From Kiritimatiellia bacterium (lineage in GTDB: Bacteria; Verrucomicrobiota; Kiritimatiellia; RFP12; UBA1067), in contig JAZRVL010000014.1 in NCBI GenBank assembly GCA_045599105.1, positions 10,807 through 74,806 on the forward strand: a stretch of DNA of 64,000 nucleotides, written 5' to 3'. Under the pieces are notes generated by a model. That model had not been told where the DNA came from, made no database searches, and worked only from the letters and a program-made list of their open reading frames with translations. Both the position numbers and the translations under genes were made by a program. Within the stretch, counting starts at the first letter, position 1, and every line of letters begins with the position of its first letter. Positions 44,145-53,802 of the stretch are shown one piece after another.

Positions 44145-45313
44145 ACGAGATGTGCTCCCTCTGAAGGCTTAATTAAACTACAAGTCGGCTCGTCACCAAA
44201 CTTGGCTTTGTATTCACGAGTAATAATATTGGAAATCTTATCCGCCGCAGATGGATCTACGAGCAAGCAACAGCTACCGCCAAATCCACCACCCGAAAGC
44301 CGTGCACCATAAACCTCTGGAATTGCCTTGGCAATATCCACAATCGCATCTAACTCCTCGCAAGAATTTTCAAACCAATTGCGACTTGATTCGTGCGAAT
44401 CATACATCAATGCGCCAAACGCCTTAAGGTCGCCCTTGGAGAGCAACTCCGCACCTTGAAGTACGCGCTCGTCCTCGCCGATTGGATGAACCGCACGCTT
44501 CGCCGTCGTCTCCGATAGGCCTCCACGATACAGCACCCACTCCGCCATGGTCACATCGCGAAGATGCGTAACTTGTTTGCGTAGCACACCTGCAAAATAC
44601 TTGGCCGCATCCTCGCAAGCCTGACGACGCGATGCATAAGCTCCATCGACCAATGCATGCTTGGCATTGGACTTAACCATCATAAATGCGACCGTCGGCC
44701 CCATTGAAACCGTCTCGAACTTGTTAGTTCTAAAATCGCTCTTTACAAGTGCGCCCGCCTCACCATACATTGATGAGGCCTGATCCAAAAGTCCACAAGG
44801 ACAGCCCGCAAATGTGTGTTCGGCCTTTTGCCCAATCTTGGCCATCGTAGTCTTGTCAATCGTCTTGTTGTAAAGTTTAGCCAGCGCCAAACCCGTGCAC
44901 ATTTCCAATGCCGCCGACGAGGATAGACCAGCCCCAAGAGGAATATTGCCCAAAAACATCCCCTTCCAACCATGAGGAGCTGCACTCGGCTTGCCGTCAA
45001 AGAGCCAATTAAAAGTGCCAGTCACATAGTTTTGCCAAGTCATTTCCTTGGCAGGCTCAACATTCTTGGTCGTGAACTTTGCCGTCTCCATAAAGTCACC
45101 AGCTGTGAGCTCACAAGTATCGTCAGCTGTTGGTGCCACTGCAAAGAATGTTCCCTTGTCAATTGCCGCCGAAAAGACATAGCCCTCGTTATAGTCGGTA
45201 TGATTGCCAAGCACCTCGATACGTCCTGGCGCATAGGAAACAATCGTCGGCTTTACGCCATAGACCTTTTCAAATTTGCCAATGAGCTCGTCGTAAACTT
45301 CTTTGTTTTGCAT
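44141..45313 (-). CDS. galK: Galactokinase (GHMP kinase)
   Basis: GalK signature PGRIEVLGNHTDYNEGYV; GHMP motif PLGAGLSSSAA; start at ATG 45313 (MQNK) with an AGGAG RBS; the longer ORF extension was rejected. Confidence 0.85.
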   Translation of the reverse strand: MQNKEVYDELIGKFEKVYGVKPTIVSYAPGRIEVLGNHTDYNEGYVFSAAIDKGTFFAVAPTADDTCELTAGDFMETAKFTTKNVEPAKEMTWQNYVTGTFNWLFDGKPSAAPHGWKGMFLGNIPLGAGLSSSAALEMCTGLALAKLYNKTIDKTTMAKIGQKAEHTFAGCPCGLLDQASSMYGEAGALVKSDFRTNKFETVSMGPTVAFMMVKSNAKHALVDGAYASRRQACEDAAKYFAGVLRKQVTHLRDVTMAEWVLYRGGLSETTAKRAVHPIGEDERVLQGAELLSKGDLKAFGALMYDSHESSRNWFENSCEELDAIVDIAKAIPEVYGARLSGGGFGGSCCLLVDPSAADKISNIITREYKAKFGDEPTCSLIKPSEGAHLV

Positions 45314-45341
45314 AGTATTTCTCCTTGATTTTAAACGACAA

Positions 45342-46634
45342 TTAGTCAATCTTGATATCGGTGTTAACATTCTTAGTAAAGAATGCCGCATACGCAAAAA
45401 GGTACGCCAAGCAAAGCGCAGGCACCACAAACGAAACTGTGAAGTTAACCTTGTCGCAAATGTAGCTTTGAACAAGCGGAATAATACCGCCGCCCACAAC
45501 CATCGTCATAAAAAATCCCGATGCCTGCTCAGCATATTTGCCCACTCCTTCGGTCGACAAATTAAAAATAACGCTCCACATAACCGAAGTGCAAAAACCG
45601 ATAGCGACAAAGCAAAATGCGCCAACTGGAACTGCAACCGACTCTCCTGCAATTGTAAGGGGAACGGTAATACCCGACGCAATTAATGCAACTCCTGCAA
45701 CCACAAGGACAAAGCCAAGTCCTGCGGTACCCAAAAGCATCGCCCTGGGAGAAATCTTGCCACCAAAAATTGCGCCAAGAAGTCGACCGCAAAGCATCGT
45801 GATAAATACCGCTCCTGCAAGAGTGCCGGCAAGTTTAGCCGCAATATCACCCGAGCAAGTAAGCATCCCCTTTACTTGGAGAAGCGCCGCCGGAATCCCC
45901 GCTTCAACGCCCATATAAAGGAAAATACCAATAACACCTAAAAGACAGTGCCGAAACGCCAAAGCGCTACGCTCATAAACGACATCCTTCGAACGAGTAA
46001 CTGGATTCTTAAGCGGAATAAACGCAATAATTACTGTTGCCACAATAAAGGTAATCGCAGCTGCGGAAAGCACACCCGTAACTTCGCTGAATTTTGTATT
46101 GGCCGTCACTTCTCCTACAATTGAGCCAAGCACAATCGGAGCTGCGCCTTGGAAGATACCCTGAAAAGCCCCGCCCGCAAGATTAAGCTGGTTGCCTTTA
46201 TTGCCGCCACCCACGATTTGATTGAGCATTGGACAAATAACACCATTTAAAAGGCAGTTCGAAGCGCCCGAGATAAACGCACCTGCGAGATAGATAATCC
46301 ACGCGCCCGGCACTCCTCCAACTGTCCCTAAATCAACATATCCCGAAACAAGCTGGACGATGATGCCCAACGCTCCAGAGCCAGTTGCCAATAAAGCCGT
46401 TGTCTTGTAGCCGAACTTTTGGAGAATCATCCCCAAGGGATATCCCATAAAAAGATAAGCCGCAAAATTCATCATGTTACCCATCATGCCGAGGGTACCG
46501 GTGATGCCCGGCGCACTTTCCCATATTTTGCCCGCAGGCGCAGCCAAGTAAGTAACAAAACCTACGAGAGCATAAAGTGCGAACATCGTCGCGATTGCAA
46601 TGACATTTCCACCACGAGAATCTTTGTTTTCCAT
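45342..46634 (-). CDS. MFS sugar:H+ symporter (FucP/GluP glucose-galactose family)
   Basis: 12 TM MFS; lies adjacent to galK. Confidence 0.7.
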   Translation of the reverse strand: MENKDSRGGNVIAIATMFALYALVGFVTYLAAPAGKIWESAPGITGTLGMMGNMMNFAAYLFMGYPLGMILQKFGYKTTALLATGSGALGIIVQLVSGYVDLGTVGGVPGAWIIYLAGAFISGASNCLLNGVICPMLNQIVGGGNKGNQLNLAGGAFQGIFQGAAPIVLGSIVGEVTANTKFSEVTGVLSAAAITFIVATVIIAFIPLKNPVTRSKDVVYERSALAFRHCLLGVIGIFLYMGVEAGIPAALLQVKGMLTCSGDIAAKLAGTLAGAVFITMLCGRLLGAIFGGKISPRAMLLGTAGLGFVLVVAGVALIASGITVPLTIAGESVAVPVGAFCFVAIGFCTSVMWSVIFNLSTEGVGKYAEQASGFFMTMVVGGGIIPLVQSYICDKVNFTVSFVVPALCLAYLFAYAAFFTKNVNTDIKID

Positions 46635-46721
46635 ATTTTAGGGATTCCTATTTAAGTAGTTTATGTGTATAAGTATACCGCAAAATCGCCTATAAGTCAA
46701 ACGAGGATAATCCCCATTTTC

Positions 46722-47906
46722 TTAGAATATTTCACAGTGTGGCAACTCGCCCACGAGCGGCTTTGCATAAGACAAAAACTTTGCGGTTACGTCATTACCA
46801 CTCTTGGCAATGTATTCTTTAGGCATTGATCGCGTATATTTAGCCGCATTTTGAATGGGAAGCGCCTCAAAACGGGCTTGGTATTGCTTTTTTGGCGCTC
46901 TTAATATCGCAATTGTACCTTTCGTAAGTTTACCCGCAAGAGCGGACTTTACCGCCGCTTGACCAGCTGCGAATGCTTCCGCCTGATCCACCTTGCTGGC
47001 AACTCCTGGGAATGAGCGTTGCAAATAACCGAAAGTGTCCGCTCGAACACGCTTCACTTTGCCCGTCGATTTCAGTATCCGCGCAAGATGATCCCCTAAT
47101 GCGCCCGTACCCGACATTTGCACATTGCCATGTGAATCCTTCTCTCCGCCTGCGAACTTTGCGCCAATTGCAACCCCGTCTTTGCCACGGATTCCTTCTG
47201 AGACCGCAACCACGCAGCGGCCAATCCTTTTAAGAACCTTAAGAACATCCGTCTCAAACTTTTTCACCGAAAACGACACTTCCGGTAAATAAATGAGATG
47301 TGGACCATCATCGGGAGCAGTACGTGCAAGCGCAGCAGCAGCAGTCAAAAACCCCGCATCACGCCCCATAATAATATCAATCTTAACTCCTCCAAGCGCA
47401 CGGTTATCAAGATCGTCGCCTTTGATTGCCGAAGCCACAAACCGCGCCGCCGAAGCAAACCCTGGCGTATGATCGCAAGACCTAAGGTCATTATCAATCG
47501 TCTTGGGAATATGATAAACTACAAGCGGGTAATTGGCCTTTTCTGCTTCTTCAGCCACAATTCGAGCCGCATCCGCAGAATCATTACCACCAATGTAGAA
47601 AAAGTACCCCACATTTTTTCTCTGAAATGCCTCAAAAATCTTTCGACAGTCCTCAGCATCTGGCTTACGCCGACAACTTCCAAGCGCTGAAGATGGAGTT
47701 TCGGCAATCGCTGCAAGCTTCTTTGCTGGCACCTTACGCAGATTTAAATAGTCATCACCCAAAATGCCTAAAATCCCGTGACGTGCGCCAAGGATTTGAC
47801 CAATTCGCGGACTTTTACGTGCTTCCATAACCGCACCAACTAATGACTCGTTAATTACCATTGAAGGTCCGCCCGATTGAGCGATTACCATGTTAAGTTT
47901 TTTCAT
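46722..47906 (-). CDS. pfk: 6-phosphofructokinase (PfkA family; possibly PPi-dependent type)
   Basis: MVIAQSGGPS..., IGGNDS, PKTIDNDL motifs; 394 aa. Confidence 0.8.
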   Translation of the reverse strand: MKKLNMVIAQSGGPSMVINESLVGAVMEARKSPRIGQILGARHGILGILGDDYLNLRKVPAKKLAAIAETPSSALGSCRRKPDAEDCRKIFEAFQRKNVGYFFYIGGNDSADAARIVAEEAEKANYPLVVYHIPKTIDNDLRSCDHTPGFASAARFVASAIKGDDLDNRALGGVKIDIIMGRDAGFLTAAAALARTAPDDGPHLIYLPEVSFSVKKFETDVLKVLKRIGRCVVAVSEGIRGKDGVAIGAKFAGGEKDSHGNVQMSGTGALGDHLARILKSTGKVKRVRADTFGYLQRSFPGVASKVDQAEAFAAGQAAVKSALAGKLTKGTIAILRAPKKQYQARFEALPIQNAAKYTRSMPKEYIAKSGNDVTAKFLSYAKPLVGELPHCEIF

Positions 47907-48754
47907 CTTTTCAGTAATTGATTGAGGGTTTCACAGATAAGTCGCCCCGATTTTAAGAGCGACAATTTAGAAAGTTTGTCCATCGTATCTTCCGATGTGT
48001 GCCAATAGCAATTATTTTTGCCATACTCAAAATCAATTAAGTCAATCACTTCCATACCCATATTCATAAAAGGCACATGATCGTCCTTGACAATTTCAGT
48101 TGAAAGTTTAACCAATCCTGGCTCGTCTATTGCTTTGGATGCCGCAATCACTAATCGAGCAAGCGCTTTAGACGAATTAGCGGGAATGGAAACTTGTAGG
48201 AATTTATCTCCCAACATATCAAGACAAATTACTCTACCAATTTTTCGCCCAGATTCAGCTAACTTTTTAGCTGCATAAGTTGACCCATGAAGTCCATCGT
48301 TGTCCGCATAATAATTAACACACTCCTCTCCGTCCGTCCAAATTATCATCACATTGCCACGCTCAGGATTTATGACTGATAACTTATTTGCTAAAACCAC
48401 CAATAAAGCAGTGGTTGACGCACCATCGTTTGCGCCTGGGCAATTTGTACCAATTTTGGTGTCATAATGCGAAACAAGCACCGTCCACTCATCTTCTGGA
48501 TGATAATTGAACTCTGCGCAAACGTTCTTAAATACTTTAATCCCTGACGGTGTTGGCGCTTTAAAACTTTGTACTCTAACTGACGCACCATTAGCTTTTG
48601 CTGCTCTCAAAATAAAGTCCGCTGCTTGCGCAGTTCGAATAGTTCCCGAATCGCGAGGGGTATATTTTTCTACTAACTCTTCTGCAAAACGCCAAGATGC
48701 CTCAGCGTCCTCATTGGAGAACAATAATGTCGCAGCAATAAGCAGCGGCAACAT
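47903..48754 (-). CDS. M28-family zinc peptidase (aminopeptidase/glutaminyl-cyclase-like)
   Basis: Signal peptide; HYDT...GANDGASTTA...DGEE metal-ligand motifs. Confidence 0.6.
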   Translation of the reverse strand: MLPLLIAATLLFSNEDAEASWRFAEELVEKYTPRDSGTIRTAQAADFILRAAKANGASVRVQSFKAPTPSGIKVFKNVCAEFNYHPEDEWTVLVSHYDTKIGTNCPGANDGASTTALLVVLANKLSVINPERGNVMIIWTDGEECVNYYADNDGLHGSTYAAKKLAESGRKIGRVICLDMLGDKFLQVSIPANSSKALARLVIAASKAIDEPGLVKLSTEIVKDDHVPFMNMGMEVIDLIDFEYGKNNCYWHTSEDTMDKLSKLSLLKSGRLICETLNQLLKR

Positions 48755-48761
48755 ATACTCT

Positions 48762-49730
48762 TTAGTCGAGTTTGACGCCCATCATCGCAATAATGCGATC
48801 AAGGTCATCGTTGTCAAGAAAATCAATCTCAACCATCCCCTTGGTATGCTTGCCATTGGCATGAGTAACGCCACTCGTCACCCTCACCGCACAACCAAGT
48901 TGCTTTTTCATTTTATCAGCAAGATTCTTGATATAACCATCTGGCAAGTCGGGAGTGCCACGACGCACCTCTGCAACTGGCTCATGTAATTTTGCAACCT
49001 TGCGCTCCAATGCACGAACCGTAAGCTGATCATTCACACAATCACGCGCCAACAAAATCCGATCTTTTTCTCCGTCAATCGTAAGCAAAACCTTGGCGTG
49101 ACCAACCGAAAGTAGCGACTGCGACACCAACGCCTTAACTTCATCTGGGAGTTCCAACAAACGCGTAGAGTTGGCAACTGTTGCCCGACCCTTACCCACA
49201 CGCTCAGCTACTTGCTGCTGCGTAAGGTTAAAAGTATCTTGCAATGTCTTATAAGAAATCGCCTCTTCAATTGGATTTAAATCTTCGCGTTGAATATTCT
49301 CCGTCGTCGTCATTGCCGCCGCCGTCAAATCATCCGCCTCTACCAAGGTAACCTTAATCTTCTTCCATCCAGCAAGCTGCGCCGCTCGCAAACGACGCTC
49401 GCCTGAAATAAGCTCATACTTGCCATTAGAATTTTTGCGCACCGTAGGTGGCTGAACCAATCCAGTGTTTTTAAGTGACTCAGCAAGCTCCGTGAGCTCA
49501 GACTCTTTAAAATCTCTACGTGGCTGATAAGGTGAGCGTTCAATATCCATTATTGGAAGCTCTACCGCTTGCGATCCTGTAACTGCAACTACAGGAGACA
49601 CCCCCAAAAGTCCGCCAACTCCACCACCGAAGTTTACACTTCGCCCAAGCCCATGCTTTTTCTTGTCAGCAGCAACGGGAGTTTTTCCTACTCCAGTTGC
49701 CTTTTTAAGAAATGGATTACCTTTTACCAT
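48762..49730 (-). CDS. parB: ParB/Spo0J-family chromosome partitioning protein (no adjacent parA)
   Basis: N-terminal GLGRSVNFGGG; ParB box GERRLRAA; HTH region. Confidence 0.7.
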   Translation of the reverse strand: MVKGNPFLKKATGVGKTPVAADKKKHGLGRSVNFGGGVGGLLGVSPVVAVTGSQAVELPIMDIERSPYQPRRDFKESELTELAESLKNTGLVQPPTVRKNSNGKYELISGERRLRAAQLAGWKKIKVTLVEADDLTAAAMTTTENIQREDLNPIEEAISYKTLQDTFNLTQQQVAERVGKGRATVANSTRLLELPDEVKALVSQSLLSVGHAKVLLTIDGEKDRILLARDCVNDQLTVRALERKVAKLHEPVAEVRRGTPDLPDGYIKNLADKMKKQLGCAVRVTSGVTHANGKHTKGMVEIDFLDNDDLDRIIAMMGVKLD

Positions 49731-50449
49731 TAGAAATATCCGTTGACAATCGGAAGCACCTTAATTTGATTGTCAAGAATGATATTGATTAAGCCTATCT
49801 GAAAACCCCATGGGCATTCACGCGCAAAGTTAATAAGCCCAATTTGGCAGCCATTAAGTTTGTCGGTCATATTAAGCGCAAGCGCGACCTGTGCACCATA
49901 AACGCTCTGCGCAAGGTTTGATCCTCCGACCGTAATACCATAGCACTCGTTTTCAGTAACGTTACCAATTAACGAAGCTGCTGCACCATAAAGATTTTGC
50001 TGAACCGTAGCAACAAAAGCTAACTCTGCGCCATAAATAGCACGATTATAACCAAAACCTCCGAAATCCACGCCATACACCGTACCATTACTAATATTAC
50101 CGCCAAAAGTCCCACGAAAACCATAAACATCTTTATAAGTGTAGTTAAATACGAACGATCCGCTAGCGCCACGCAACTCTTCACGAACTGTATTGGCCAT
50201 TCCTAACTGAAGACCATACATCTTTGGCGCATCATTGTAAAACAAACCTAAATCAACACCAAAGACATCCCACTTCGCTACGCCCCACGGAATCTGAACC
50301 GGGCTAGCAAGCGAAACTGCAGCAATCGTCCAACCAATCGCGCCTTCGGTCGGTTCTTCTTCCTCATCGGTTCCATCGGCAAAAGCTGGAACAAAAAACG
50401 AAACCATTACCGCCATTAATCCCATACGGATGATTTTAGTCATATTCAT
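49730..50449 (-). CDS. Hypothetical secreted protein with repetitive xYG motifs
   Basis: Signal peptide; acidic linker DGTDEEEEPTEG; at least 8 repeats of (V/I/L)YG separated by ~10-14 aa. Confidence 0.4.
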   Translation of the reverse strand: MNMTKIIRMGLMAVMVSFFVPAFADGTDEEEEPTEGAIGWTIAAVSLASPVQIPWGVAKWDVFGVDLGLFYNDAPKMYGLQLGMANTVREELRGASGSFVFNYTYKDVYGFRGTFGGNISNGTVYGVDFGGFGYNRAIYGAELAFVATVQQNLYGAAASLIGNVTENECYGITVGGSNLAQSVYGAQVALALNMTDKLNGCQIGLINFARECPWGFQIGLINIILDNQIKVLPIVNGYF

Positions 50450-50490
50450 AGTCTCTCCAATCTTAGGTAGTTAAATTATTTATTATTATT

Positions 50491-51330
50491 TTACTCTTTC
50501 GTAAGCGACCCGTCAAGAGTGCGCTTACGCGCTTTTAGAAACAGTAGCACAAACAAAGGAATTGACACCATATACCCCAATCCTATCACTCCAAGTGTAA
50601 GCCAAAAGTTTGATACCATAAATGCAATTACTAGTAATAGCATTGCTACGGTAAGAGGCATCCACCGCTTAGAAATACGCAATGCCTTTAATGATAATGT
50701 TGGTACTCGCGAAGCCATCAACGAACCTACAAAAAGAAGCATGAATATTCCAAGATAAGGCGAAGGACTCCATTTAAGGTCAAGCGCCAATGCAACCATT
50801 GCCGGAGTAAGTACCATCCAGCACCCACCAGGCGCTGGCACTCCAGTAAAGAAATGCTTCCAATAGGGAGCAGTTTCCTGTTCAAGCATTGTATTAAACC
50901 TCGCAAGCCGAAAACAATCACACATCGCATAGTAAAGTGCACATCCAAGCACCACGCGAATAAGAATTGGATTTACCCTTTCACCATCAATCATATGCGT
51001 AGGACCGCCCGTAAACCAAAAATACATAAACATCGCAGGAGCGACGCCAAAGTTTACAAAATCCGCAAGCGAATCCAATTCCGCACCCAACTTTGAGCTT
51101 GCTTTAAGCAATCTTGCAATTCTTCCGTCCATTCCATCACAAATTACTGCGACTAATAGCGCCCATAATGCCGGCATAAATCGTCCTTCGCTGGAAAGCG
51201 AAATAGAAGTAATGCCTGCACAAGCAGCCATTGCAGTTACCAAGTTGGGGAATATTGCCCTAACCGGAATGCGATCAGCACGAAATTCGCGCTCTCTGCG
51301 ACGTTTTCCTCTAAATCTAAATCTACTCAT
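50491..51330 (-). CDS. pssA: CDP-diacylglycerol--serine O-phosphatidyltransferase (CDP-alcohol phosphatidyltransferase family)
   Basis: DGxDGxxAR...G...D...D motif (DGMDGRIARLL...GAELDSLADFV); adjacent to psd. Confidence 0.8.
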   Translation of the reverse strand: MSRFRFRGKRRREREFRADRIPVRAIFPNLVTAMAACAGITSISLSSEGRFMPALWALLVAVICDGMDGRIARLLKASSKLGAELDSLADFVNFGVAPAMFMYFWFTGGPTHMIDGERVNPILIRVVLGCALYYAMCDCFRLARFNTMLEQETAPYWKHFFTGVPAPGGCWMVLTPAMVALALDLKWSPSPYLGIFMLLFVGSLMASRVPTLSLKALRISKRWMPLTVAMLLLVIAFMVSNFWLTLGVIGLGYMVSIPLFVLLFLKARKRTLDGSLTKE

Positions 51331-52041
51331 TTAAACTCGTCCAATTATCGTTTCACCCGCGACCATTGTCTGACCAATACGAACACATGGCTTTACGCCT
51401 TCTGGAAGATACACATCCAAGCGACTTCCAAAACGAATAAGCCCAAAGCGCTCTGCTTTCTCCAAGTGCTGTGCCTCAGTTACCTGTGGAACAATCCTCC
51501 TCGCTACCAAGCCAGCAATTTGCGTCACCCCATAAACCCCGCCATTATCCATCTTGATGAGATAATTGCACCTCTCGTTTTCCTTAGACGCTTTATCCAA
51601 CGAAGCATTAAAAAACTTGCCAGCAGCAATATACTCACGCTTCAATACCGTGCCCGCTGTAGGCATGCGATTAACATGAATGTTAAACACACTCATAAAT
51701 ACACTCACCCGCCAAAACTTTCTTCCCACCGTCTCATCGCAATCAGCAAGCGAGTCAGGCATTGAACATTCCTCAATTAAGCACACTCTACCATCTGCGG
51801 GCGAAAGAATCGCGCCCGCATCACTTGGAGGATAACGTTCAGGATCGCGGAAAAAGAGAAAAACTCCATACGCAAGTAGGAACATAGGCAAAACTATCCA
51901 TCCTAACCACCAAACTCGGCTAGCAATCATCGCAACTATAATTGCTAATGCTAAAGCAATCGCACCAAACTTTAGTCCTTCACGATTAATGTTCGGCAAC
52001 AGATACGCAGAAACTGAAAAATCAGGAGTTTTCTCGTTCAT
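51331..52041 (-). CDS. psd: Phosphatidylserine decarboxylase-related (short, archaeal-type PSD family)
   Basis: 236 aa; N-terminal TMs; lies directly downstream of pssA; the LIRFGSRLD region resembles the PSD GS(T/R) cleavage region. Confidence 0.7.
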   Translation of the reverse strand: MNEKTPDFSVSAYLLPNINREGLKFGAIALALAIIVAMIASRVWWLGWIVLPMFLLAYGVFLFFRDPERYPPSDAGAILSPADGRVCLIEECSMPDSLADCDETVGRKFWRVSVFMSVFNIHVNRMPTAGTVLKREYIAAGKFFNASLDKASKENERCNYLIKMDNGGVYGVTQIAGLVARRIVPQVTEAQHLEKAERFGLIRFGSRLDVYLPEGVKPCVRIGQTMVAGETIIGRV

Positions 52042-52046
52042 AACTT

Positions 52047-52553
52047 TTAATTAATTTTAATGTGAATAGCACCAGGATTTTCCATAGCAGGTGCAGATGA
52101 TGTCTTGGGAGCATTCTTGCGCGGCGGTCCAATTAGCGCTCCTAAAATACGACCCAATGTCTTGGGCGCTTGCTCCACAAAGCACTGATCCTTTAACTCT
52201 TCCAGCGCGCGATTAATAACATCCTCGCCCAATTCGCGATGCGCATTTTCGCGACCCCGATACTGTAGGGTAAGCTTAACCTTGCACCCTTCTTCCAAGA
52301 AACCACGAATTTGTTTAAGCTTATAATTAAAATCGTTAGTGTCCGTGCCAGGATGAAACTTTATTTCTTTCACCTTCTGAACCTTCTGCGATTTACGGGC
52401 TTGCTTTTCGCGAAGCGATTCCTCGTATTTAAACTTCCCATAGTCCATAATTTTACAGACTGGGGGATTGGCTGTTGGGGTTATCTCCACGAGATCTAAC
52501 CCACGATTTTCCGCCATTCGTTGCGCATCACGAGTATCCATGACGCCAATCAT
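52047..52553 (-). CDS. infC: Translation initiation factor IF-3
   Basis: ...LDLVEITPTANPPVCKIMDYGKFKYE... signature; the true N-terminus may extend upstream from a non-ATG (AUU-type) start. Confidence 0.85.
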   Translation of the reverse strand: MIGVMDTRDAQRMAENRGLDLVEITPTANPPVCKIMDYGKFKYEESLREKQARKSQKVQKVKEIKFHPGTDTNDFNYKLKQIRGFLEEGCKVKLTLQYRGRENAHRELGEDVINRALEELKDQCFVEQAPKTLGRILGALIGPPRKNAPKTSSAPAMENPGAIHIKIN

Positions 52554-52653
52554 TTGTCCTTGGGAATCAAGAACGCGAACCTGCGGAACGCGAATCTTGT
52601 AATTTACACGAGTGAACTGTCCGATAACCCACCTCTCTTTATTGAAGGATGAT

Positions 52654-53802
52654 TCATTTTACCACATACCGTGGGTCGTTTGCAACCTCACGGAAAATTC
52701 TAATTGTCTGGCGAATGTCATTGAGGGTGTATGAAGGATGCACCCAAAACCCAACCGTATTAGCAATCAATGACTTTGCTACCTTTTTATTTGCCATAAG
52801 CGGCCACATAATTTTATAAACGTTAGCGCCATGGCATTGCAATGTCTCAATAAATTTACTAACTGGGACACGCAAGCATTTTTCGTTGAGTAAAAACGGC
52901 ATCAACCAAAAGCTTGCCTTGCGCTTTACGGTATCGACCGGAAAAGCCTTTATGAGACTACCCTCAAATGGTAAAAGACCTTTTTTTATTACTTCCGCAA
53001 ACTTGCGCCGACGCAACAAATTCCATTTCTCAAATCGTTCCAATTCGCATAGACCAATCGCACTTTGAATCTCCGTCATCCGCTCGTTATATCCTACGAT
53101 ATCAAACTCCTTAGGATCACTTCCCACAATCCATCCATGGTCACGCAATGACTGTACACGCCTTAATGCCAACTGATTTTTCATTACCACCATCCCTCCT
53201 TCGCCTCCAGTGGTAATATGCTTTGATTGGCAAAACGAAAAACATCCCGCATCCCCTAATGATCCAACCTTGCGCCCATGATATTCTGCGCCTAACGATT
53301 GAGCACAATCCTCAATAACAAAAAATTTCCGCTTTTTCGCAAGTCGCAAAATAGGATCCAAATCTACAACCTGACCATAAAGATGTACAACAATCACCGC
53401 TTTAGTTCGCCGAGTAATCACCTTTTCAATGGTCTTAGCATTTAATAGATGATCTTCGCCAACATCCGCAAACACCATTTTTGCGCCGACATTCGCAGCT
53501 GCTGTTGCACTTGCTCTAAACGAATATGCAGTTACAATTACTTCGTCACCTCTGCCTACTCCCAAAGCTTCTAACGCCAAACGCAATGCGGCAGTTCCAT
53601 TGGTGGTGGATACTGCCGATTTAACTCCAAGGTATTTTGCAAAAGCTACCTCAAACTTTTTTCCTTCGCTACCTGTCCAATAATTTACCCGCCCCGAGCA
53701 GAGGATTTTAACTACCTCTCGCTCGGTTTTGCGGGTAAAACTCGGCCAAACCAGTGGCTCAGTCTTCTGACAAATCATCACCGTCTGCCGACGTATCTCC
53801 AT
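52654..53802 (-). CDS. DegT/DnrJ/EryC1/StrS-family sugar aminotransferase (second paralog)
   Basis: [15 protein letters not shown]-lysine region [14 protein letters not shown]; 5' end overlaps the rpoC stop. Confidence 0.75.
   Translation of the reverse strand: MEIRRQTVMICQKTEPLVWPSFTRKTEREVVKILCSGRVNYWTGSEGKKFEVAFAKYLGVKSAVSTTNGTAALRLALEALGVGRGDEVIVTAYSFRASATAAANVGAKMVFADVGEDHLLNAKTIEKVITRRTKAVIVVHLYGQVVDLDPILRLAKKRKFFVIEDCAQSLGAEYHGRKVGSLGDAGCFSFCQSKHITTGGEGGMVVMKNQLALRRVQSLRDHGWIVGSDPKEFDIVGYNERMTEIQSAIGLCELERFEKWNLLRRRKFAEVIKKGLLPFEGSLIKAFPVDTVKRKASFWLMPFLLNEKCLRVPVSKFIETLQCHGANVYKIMWPLMANKKVAKSLIANTVGFWVHPSYTLNDIRQTIRIFREVANDPRYVVK

Noticed and set aside
44141-45499. 452-aa version of galK with a 62-aa N-terminal extension
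   Set aside because: The extension is Arg/Leu-rich and has no homology. An internal ATG at 45313 has a good AGGAG RBS and gives a canonical GalK N-terminus
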